Source of the DNA: Squalus acanthias
Lineage: Eukaryota
Assembly: GCA_030390025.1 (NCBI GenBank)
Contig: CM059438.1
Location: 55,678,001-55,742,000, forward strand
Direction: 5' to 3'
DNA: 64,000 bases
Part shown: piece after piece, positions 61,901 to 64,000 of the stretch
Layout of the letters: the number at the start of each line of letters is the position of its first letter
How positions within the stretch are numbered: the first letter of the stretch is position 1
The notes under the pieces: model-generated
Seen by the model: only the letters and a program-made list of their open reading frames with translations
Database searches by the model: none
Told to the model about the DNA's origin: nothing
Position numbers and translations under genes: made by a program

Positions 61901-63551
61901 GTGTTCCCATGCGCCTGCTGCCCTTGTCCTTCTAGGTGGAAGAGGTCGTGGGTTTGGGAGGTGCTGCCGAAGAAGCCTTGGCGAGTTGCTGCAGTGCATC
62001 TTGTAGATGGTACACACTGCAGCCACGGTACGCCGGTGGTGGAGGGAATGAATGTTTAAGGTGGTAGATGGGGTGCCAAGCGGGCTGCTTTGTCCTGGAT
62101 GGTGTCGAGTTTCTTGAGTGTTGTTGGAGCTGCACTCATCCAGGCAAGTGGAGAGTATTCCATGACACTCCTTACTTGTGCCTTGTAGATGGTGGAAAGG
62201 ATTGGGGAGTCAGGAGGAGAGACACTCACCACAGAATACCCAGCCTCTGACCTGCTCTTGTTGCCACAGTATTTGTGTGGCTGGTCCAGTTAAGTTTCTG
62301 GTCAATGATGACCCCCAGGATGTTGATGGTGGGGGATTAGGCGATGGTAATGCCGTTGAATGTCAAGGGGTGGTGGTTAGACACTCGCTTGTTGGAAATA
62401 GTCATTGCCTGGCACTTCTGTGGTGCGAATGTTACCTGAACATGCGGGCATGGACTGTTTCATTGTCTGAGGAGTTGTGAATGGCGCTGAACACTGTGCA
62501 GTCATCAGCGAACATCCCCATTTCTGACCTTATGTTGGAGGGAAGGTCATTGATGAAGCAAATGAAGATGGTTGGGCCTAGGACACTGCCCTGAGGAACT
62601 CCTGCAGCGATGTCCTGGGGCTGTGATGACTGACCTTCAACCACCACAACCATCTTCCTTTGTGCTAAGTATGACTCCAGCCAGTGGAGTGTTTTCCCCC
62701 CCGATTCCCATTGACTTCAGTTTTACTAGGGCTCTTTAATGCCACACTCGGTTAAATGCTGCCTTGATGTCAAGGGCAGTCACTCTCACCTCACCTCTGG
62801 AATTCAGCTCCTTTGTCCATGTTTGGACCAAGGCTGTAATGAGGTCGGGAGCCGAGTGGTATTGGCGGAACCCAAACTGGGCAGGTTATTGGTGAGTAAG
62901 TGCCGCTTGATAGCACTGTCAATGACATCTTCCATCACTTTGCTGATGATTGAGAGTAGACTGATGGGGCGGTAATTGGCCGGGTTGGATTTGACCTGCT
63001 TTTTGTGGACAGGACATAGCTGGGCAGTTTTCCACATTGTCGGGTAGATGCCAGTGTTGTAGCTGTACTGGAACAGCTTGGCTAGAGGCGCGGCTAGTTC
63101 TGGAGCACAAGTCTTCAGCACGATAGCCGGGATGTTGTCAGGGCCCATAGCTTTTGCTAATTAACTGAATTTAAATTCCCCAGCTGCCGTGGTGGGATTT
63201 GAACTCACGTCTCTGGATCATTAGTCCAGGCCTCTGGATTACTAGCCCAGTGACATTACCACTATGCTACCGTTCCCAGTATTTGAAAGGCAGAACAGGT
63301 TCGAGGGGTTGAATGGCCTCCTCCTGTTCCTAGCTCGTGTAAAGTTAAACACAAGGTACAAACCTCAGCTGAAAGAAGACGTCCTCATCCACAAATCCAA
63401 ACGTGTCGTGAAGCTTGGTTACAACTCCGGTGAAGACCCGCTGTTTCTGGGGCTGGGTTTGCTGCTGTGTGGCCCGGGGTGTTGGGTAAGAGACGGTGAT
63501 TTGTGCTGTTGTCTGCGGGGCGTTGAGGTTTGTGGGTAGAGCCACTGCTGG
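2128..63551 (-). CDS. CCAR1: CCAR1, 5'-partial spliced gene model (20 coding exons in window, 1051 aa + stop; N-terminal exons outside window)
   Basis: Exon translations are colinear with vertebrate CCAR1: S1-like ([25 protein letters not shown]), RS-rich, DBC1/Nudix-like, SAP ([26 protein letters not shown]), EF-hand-like and C-terminal coiled coil ending SKENGAPA*. 18 GT-AG introns and 1 GC-AG intron, all phases consistent. The SAP domain and hosted SNORD98 favour CCAR1 over CCAR2. Confidence 0.97.
2355..3440. repeat. Minisatellite, 50-bp unit, ~22 near-identical copies
   Basis: gtgtgatctgtgcccagtgcgctggtctcctgggccgctaacaacaggca. Confidence 0.97.
3672..4181. repeat. Minisatellite, ~47-bp unit with length variants
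   Basis: ggggcccatggaactgtcccccagtcagagtcagcaccttcaggaga. Confidence 0.92.
4325..4700 (-). mobile_element. Degenerate DeuSINE-like (SacSINE1-type) SINE
   Basis: Colinear with 47705-48162 (ggggcctcagtttaac.tctcatc; gagtggggcttga). Confidence 0.65.
4700..5757. repeat. Minisatellite, 33-bp unit, ~32 copies, inside a + strand DeuSINE-like element
   Basis: gcactgtcggaggggcagtactgagggagcgcc; SINE body resumes at 5758-5850 and its tail lies at 7851-7998. Confidence 0.93.
5860..7410 (-). mobile_element. Penelope-like element 3' part (family A), split by a CR1 insertion
   Basis: 7410-7270 joined to 6306-6232 translates [18 protein letters not shown]...PVACHFN...[19 protein letters not shown] (GIY-YIG C-terminus); terminal repeat with hammerhead motif at 5953-5989. 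Confidence 0.8.
6307..7268 (-). mobile_element. CR1 LINE 3' fragment
   Basis: ORF 6501-7115 with [11 protein letters not shown]...[10 protein letters not shown]; (aagaacat)n tail. Confidence 0.92.
7430..7850 (-). mobile_element. Old CR1 3' fragment
   Basis: Degenerate CR1 C-terminal coding and tail sequence. Confidence 0.6.
8064..8269 (-). CDS. CCAR1: CCAR1 exon w19, coiled coil ([11 protein letters not shown]...[11 protein letters not shown])
   Basis: atacag acceptor, CAG|gtaaag donor, 206 nt, phase 1 to 0. Confidence 0.93.
8725..9335 (+). mobile_element. CR1 LINE RT fragment
   Basis: [16 protein letters not shown]...[13 protein letters not shown]; frameshifted; ends in (TA)n. Confidence 0.9.
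9353..9822 (+). mobile_element. Penelope-like element 3' end (family B)
   Basis: [41 protein letters not shown] GIY-YIG tail; hammerhead-like motif at 9735-9770. Confidence 0.72.
9897..11749. repeat. Minisatellite, 41-bp unit, ~45 copies
   Basis: catggcccagggacatctccaatgaccagatggtcattcac. Confidence 0.96.
12250..12613 (-). mobile_element. Old CR1 3' fragment plus L2-like RT fragment
   Basis: WNALP...FKRELDKYL...[22 protein letters not shown]. Confidence 0.6.
13140..13614 (+). mobile_element. Old dispersed SINE-like family; further copies at ~2320-4180, 18890-19140, 23570-23810, 27280-27400, 27850-28070, 34960-35930, 38900-39460, 51230-51460, 63830-64000
   Basis: Shared colinear blocks (actgagcca...; tcagccagggttcctgctcctga; gtgaggacag; gaatggcca.ttgggtgag; ggaactgta...gagtcagc); family not named. 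Confidence 0.6.
13615..16105 (-). mobile_element. CR1 LINE, 5'-truncated, ~2.5 kb (part of EN plus RT), frameshifted
   Basis: VMGDFN, LDWVL, GKSDH endonuclease motifs; [10 protein letters not shown] and KFADD RT motifs. Confidence 0.95.
16287..16472 (-). CDS. CCAR1: CCAR1 exon w18 (GNKLLLP...[18 protein letters not shown]...EAKM)
   Basis: ttttag acceptor, G|gtaaga donor, 186 nt, phase 1 to 1. Confidence 0.95.
16490..17995 (+). mobile_element. LF-SINE-like tRNA-derived SINE with internal 67-bp unit expansion, split by CR1
   Basis: Head ctgggttcaaatttagccca...ggtcctatgggaaatgagtttgggtagtctca; 67-bp units at 16620-16716 and 17479-17912; tail ...cagcacaacatttacacaaaa. Confidence 0.6.
16717..17478 (+). 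mobile_element. CR1 LINE 3' fragment with 10-bp TSD
   Basis: ORF 16808-17329; TSD ctttactctg at 16707-16716 and 17479-17488. Confidence 0.93.
18070..18380 (-). mobile_element. Penelope-like family B terminal region
   Basis: Same terminal sequence as 9740-9822, 53195-53292 and 55771-55951; hammerhead motif at 18161-18198. Confidence 0.7.
18684..18804 (-). CDS. CCAR1: CCAR1 exon w17 ([21 protein letters not shown]...DNLL)
   Basis: ttccag acceptor, G|gtactg donor, 121 nt, phase 0 to 1. Confidence 0.93.
19517..19657 (-). CDS. CCAR1: CCAR1 exon w16, EF-hand-like ([27 protein letters not shown]...LSRAQ)
   Basis: tttaag acceptor, CAG|gtacag donor, 141 nt. Confidence 0.94.
20057..20618. mobile_element. 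hAT-type MITE with internal 21-bp GC-rich minisatellite (20170-20595)
   Basis: TIRs CAATGTTCCCT/AGGGAACATTG; 8-bp TSD tccaacac/tccaacat. Confidence 0.85.
20680..20768 (-). CDS. CCAR1: CCAR1 exon w15 ([16 protein letters not shown]...SKDK)
   Basis: caacag acceptor, AAG|gtacgg donor, 89 nt, phase 1 to 0. Confidence 0.9.
21027..21417. repeat. Minisatellite, 29-bp unit, ~13 copies
   Basis: acaatggagtcagcgcgagggaacgctcc. Confidence 0.95.
21708..23276 (-). mobile_element. CR1 LINE (second subfamily), RT and 3' end
   Basis: 457-aa open RT ORF 21790-23163 with KFADD. Confidence 0.95.
23835..23973 (-). CDS. CCAR1: CCAR1 exon w14 (KEEKDKDEK...[19 protein letters not shown])
   Basis: ttgtag acceptor, G|gtaaaa donor, 139 nt, phase 0 to 1. 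Confidence 0.92.
24388..27279. repeat. Minisatellite, 31-bp unit, ~93 copies
   Basis: cactgagctctggggtatctcaccataggga. Confidence 0.97.
27535..27789 (-). CDS. CCAR1: CCAR1 exon w13 ([17 protein letters not shown]...DGRK)
   Basis: ctccag acceptor, AAG|gtactg donor, 255 nt. Confidence 0.94.
28070..29710 (-). mobile_element. CR1 LINE (same subfamily as 21708-23276), frameshifted
   Basis: ORFs 28159-29741, near-identical to 21708-23276. Confidence 0.95.
29938..30129 (-). CDS. CCAR1: CCAR1 exon w12 (EEERKRQEE...KEHSFE)
   Basis: tttcag acceptor, GAA|gtaagt donor, 192 nt. Confidence 0.96.
30285..30857. repeat. Minisatellite, ~50-bp unit (CR1-end derived); resumes at 33040-33100 after a CR1 insertion
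   Basis: ccagtctaatcccactctcccgctcactccccacaccctttaatatcccac. Confidence 0.9.
30860..33037 (-). mobile_element. CR1 LINE, 5'-truncated, ~2.2 kb
   Basis: 499-aa ORF 31093-32592; catalytic FADD is degraded (KFAAD). Confidence 0.95.
33104..33676. repeat. Minisatellite, 32-bp unit, ~18 copies
   Basis: cacacaactcccagtgcaccagtgtcactgca. Confidence 0.95.
33717..33902 (-). CDS. CCAR1: CCAR1 exon w11, SAP domain ([30 protein letters not shown]...DDKE)
   Basis: tcgcag acceptor, GAG|gtagga donor, 186 nt. Confidence 0.96.
34349..34552. repeat. Minisatellite, 22-bp unit, ~9 copies
   Basis: gcatgcgtccgtctgtgcgggg. Confidence 0.95.
35097..35816. repeat. Minisatellite, 45-bp unit, 16 copies
   Basis: gtcactggcagggactgagtggaaactgggcacctcttcctctcc. 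Confidence 0.96.
36010..36093 (-). CDS. CCAR1: CCAR1 exon w10 ([28 protein letters not shown])
   Basis: gaacag acceptor, AAA|gtaagc donor, 84 nt, phase 0 to 0. Confidence 0.94.
37061..37271 (-). CDS. CCAR1: CCAR1 exon w9 ([13 protein letters not shown]...KEADGEQ), GC donor
   Basis: caacag acceptor. The 3' end is placed at CAG|gcactg because homology (GEQ-[D/E]EEEK) and phase 0 of the next exon require it; there is no in-frame GT before the read-through stop at 36968. 211 nt, phase 2 to 0. Confidence 0.88.
38109..38275 (-). CDS. CCAR1: CCAR1 exon w8 ([24 protein letters not shown]...GCTQW)
   Basis: ttgcag acceptor, TG|gtaagt donor, 167 nt, phase 0 to 2. Confidence 0.96.
38444..38802. repeat. 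Minisatellite, same CR1-end derived unit as 30285-30857
   Basis: ccagtctaatcccactctcc...ccctttaatatcccac, long and short variants. Confidence 0.9.
39620..40080 (+). mobile_element. Old CR1 3' fragment
   Basis: [17 protein letters not shown]; ...gaaatgggattag end. Confidence 0.65.
40822..41340 (+). mobile_element. Penelope-like element 3' end (family A)
   Basis: [26 protein letters not shown]; hammerhead motif at 41238-41273. Confidence 0.8.
41400..42125 (+). mobile_element. 3' fragment of the L2/CR1-superfamily LINE seen near full-length at 56575-59680
   Basis: [13 protein letters not shown]; tail tagggatgggcaataaatgc...cccacatcccg-A-rich. Confidence 0.85.
42927..43040 (-). CDS. CCAR1: CCAR1 exon w7 ([38 protein letters not shown])
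   Basis: ctctag acceptor, AAG|gtaaaa donor, 114 nt, phase 0 to 0. Confidence 0.96.
43055..43578 (-). mobile_element. Internally deleted CR1 with a possible pogo/Tigger-like terminal fragment at 43366-43451
   Basis: 43055-43345 and 43450-43578 match the 13615-16105 copy; the intervening minus-strand sequence begins ta-caggaaactctttattaaccggcac. Confidence 0.65.
44200..44360 (+). mobile_element. LF-SINE-like head, second copy
   Basis: ggcagtggga...gcttttcacc...gggttcaaattcaggccag...cctata..gtgagt...gtctcaatc, parallel to 16490-16600. Confidence 0.45.
44677..44902 (-). CDS. CCAR1: CCAR1 exon w6 ([22 protein letters not shown]...DHLYSAK)
   Basis: atgcag acceptor, AAG|gttggt donor, 226 nt, phase 2 to 0. 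Confidence 0.96.
45703..46170 (-). mobile_element. 3' fragment of the same LINE family as 56575-59680
   Basis: [10 protein letters not shown]...[20 protein letters not shown]. Confidence 0.85.
46770..47103 (-). mobile_element. 5'-truncated V-SINE (HE1-type) with CR1-derived tail
   Basis: V-domain gcgtgggtttcctccgggtgctccggtttcctcccacagtccaaa; tail shared with local CR1 3' ends, (agaaacat)n. Confidence 0.75.
47377..47494. mobile_element. hAT-type MITE, unexpanded relative of 20057-20618
   Basis: Degenerate TIRs caatgctcccc/agggaaagttg; perfect 8-bp TSD ctcagaac. Confidence 0.75.
47705..48162 (-). mobile_element. Full-length DeuSINE-like (SacSINE1-type) tRNA-derived SINE
   Basis: A-box-like head gtggctcggtggg, B-box-like gggctcaagccc, Deu-like core taaaagatcccatggcactatt...ttctccctggtgtcctggccaa, (tttc)n tail; another tail fragment at ~50880-51000. 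Confidence 0.75.
49486..49728. mobile_element. Palindromic Penelope family A terminal element (duplicated at ~60985-61227)
   Basis: Inverted arms; 15-bp TSD tgcagttg(a/g)atccaa; intact hammerhead motif at 49588-49624 (+). Confidence 0.8.
49948..50020 (-). ncRNA. SNORD98: C/D box snoRNA SNORD98 orthologue, copy 1 (intron w5-w6)
   Basis: 8-bp terminal stem AAATGGGT/ACCCATTT; C box ATGATGT; D' CTGA preceded by TCCTATTCCATTG, antisense to 18S rRNA (U)AAUGGAAUAGGA; terminal D box CTGA; sense to host. CCAR1 is the known SNORD98 host. Confidence 0.9.
50586..50747 (-). CDS. CCAR1: CCAR1 exon w5 (RS-rich: [18 protein letters not shown]...[12 protein letters not shown])
   Basis: tcgtag acceptor, TG|gtacgt donor, 162 nt, phase 2 to 2; this frame is not in the ORF track. 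Confidence 0.95.
51588..51717 (-). CDS. CCAR1: CCAR1 exon w4 ([25 protein letters not shown]...RKDDR)
   Basis: ttgcag acceptor, AG|gtactg donor, 130 nt, phase 1 to 2. Confidence 0.93.
52090..53463 (+). mobile_element. CR1 LINE RT and 3' end, interrupted by a Penelope family B terminus (53195-53292)
   Basis: KFADDTK ORF 52361-52990; the insert has 12-bp TSD gaatatatttaa. Confidence 0.93.
53759..53942 (-). CDS. CCAR1: CCAR1 exon w3 ([11 protein letters not shown]...QQPQQK)
   Basis: ttctag acceptor, gtaagt donor, 184 nt, phase 0 to 1. Confidence 0.93.
54760..54874 (-). CDS. CCAR1: CCAR1 exon w2 ([38 protein letters not shown])
   Basis: ccccag acceptor, CAG|gtgagc donor, 115 nt, phase 2 to 0. 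Confidence 0.96.
55771..55951. mobile_element. Palindromic Penelope family B terminal element with two hammerhead motifs
   Basis: ~87-bp near-perfect inverted arms; motifs at 55820-55857 (-) and 55865-55902 (+). Confidence 0.85.
55865..55902 (+). ncRNA. Minimal type I hammerhead ribozyme motif (PLE-type), representative copy
   Basis: TCAC-CTGATGA-A-GGAGC-agca-GCTCC-GAAA-GC-TT-GTGA: core, helix II, palindromic loop III, helix I. Confidence 0.7.
55975..56574 (+). mobile_element. Degenerate CR1 3' fragment
   Basis: [14 protein letters not shown]; many indels. Confidence 0.8.
56575..59680 (-). mobile_element. Near full-length L2/CR1-superfamily LINE (~3.1 kb): single disrupted EN-RT ORF behind a tRNA-like head
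   Basis: APE motifs ([29 protein letters not shown]); RT motifs ([30 protein letters not shown]); B-box gagttcaaatccc near 59613-59601. Confidence 0.9.
59680..61620. repeat. Local duplication, copy 2 (~1.94 kb)
   Basis: Same sequence as 48196-50121; the ORF track shows duplicated ORFs. Confidence 0.95.
61447..61519 (-). ncRNA. SNORD98: C/D box snoRNA SNORD98 orthologue, copy 2 (intron w1-w2)
   Basis: Identical to 49948-50020; lies within the duplicated segment. Confidence 0.87.
61657..63157 (-). mobile_element. 5'-truncated copy of the same LINE, inserted in a tRNA-like head of its own family
   Basis: [11 protein letters not shown] motif; flanks 61634-61656 and 63158-63277 rejoin into the head sequence. 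Confidence 0.85.
63158..63277 (-). mobile_element. tRNA-like Pol III head (A box TAGCATAGTGG, B box GAGTTCAAATCCC)
   Basis: Matches 59575-59680 with about 4 substitutions and supplies the A-box start missing there. Confidence 0.8.
63364..63551 (-). CDS. CCAR1: CCAR1 exon w1 ([11 protein letters not shown]...VFFQLS), S1-like domain start
   Basis: ttttttag acceptor, AG|gtttgt donor, 188 nt, phase 0 to 2. Confidence 0.95.
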
Positions 63552-64000
63552 CTAAAAAACAAGTGTCCCAATTAGACACGGAAACAATTAGGGCTCACAG
63601 AACACGGCTCAAAGTCTTCAACTCCATAAAATCTGACAAATCACATTTCAACATACCAGAGCACTGTTTAACACACACAGCAACCTTTATCACAAGGGAA
63701 AGGCGCCAAATGACTAACTCATTCCTTTTGCGTATTGAGTGAACCAATTCACATTGAAAGAGGGTGGAATATTACGTGTGACAATCATTCTCTTTGCAAA
63801 GTAACTTGTCCTTGCAGATGCCAGAGGGCTCAGTGGGTGCACTCCACAGCTTGGCACTGAGCTAGCCAGACCAGAAGGTGACAGGTCTGACTCCCAGTCT
63901 CTGCCGAAGCGAGCTGATCTCAAGCAGGACAGCAGTAGGGGGCACGCCACTGTGCTTCACCATCCTGGGTTAACAAGAGAAAAATAAAATCAGCCAGGGT

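Noticed and set aside
61657..63277. Second head-plus-RT arrangement as independent proof of a tRNA-headed LINE via internal deletion
   Set aside because: Sequence on the far side of the LINE (61634-61656) continues the head, so this is better explained as a nested insertion into a head.
63158..63277. tRNA gene
   Set aside because: A and B boxes are present, but no cloverleaf is evident and the sequence continues as retroelement body.
2128..63551. CCAR2 (DBC1) identity
   Set aside because: The SAP domain, close match to recalled CCAR1 peptides and the hosted SNORD98 point to CCAR1.

Overview
Vertebrate (very likely cartilaginous fish/shark) genomic DNA. The window is the 3' part of CCAR1 (cell division cycle and apoptosis regulator 1) on the minus strand. 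I traced 20 coding exons by hand from 63551 to the stop at 2128; all splice phases are consistent, giving 3156 nt (1051 aa plus stop). The N-terminal exons lie beyond the right edge, and a poly(A) signal is at 1861-1866. The introns carry two identical copies of a SNORD98-type C/D snoRNA, created by a recent ~1.9-kb intron-to-intron duplication. They also hold many CR1 LINE fragments, a single-ORF LINE with a tRNA-like head, Penelope-like element ends with minimal hammerhead ribozyme motifs, several SINE families, two hAT-type MITEs and about a dozen minisatellites, most traceable to internal pieces of transposons. The most notable observation is an atypical GC donor followed 40 nt later by a full 3' splice site and a frame-compatible 49-nt candidate mutually exclusive exon. 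Homology calls come from recalled sequences, not database searches. Repeat boundaries are approximate.
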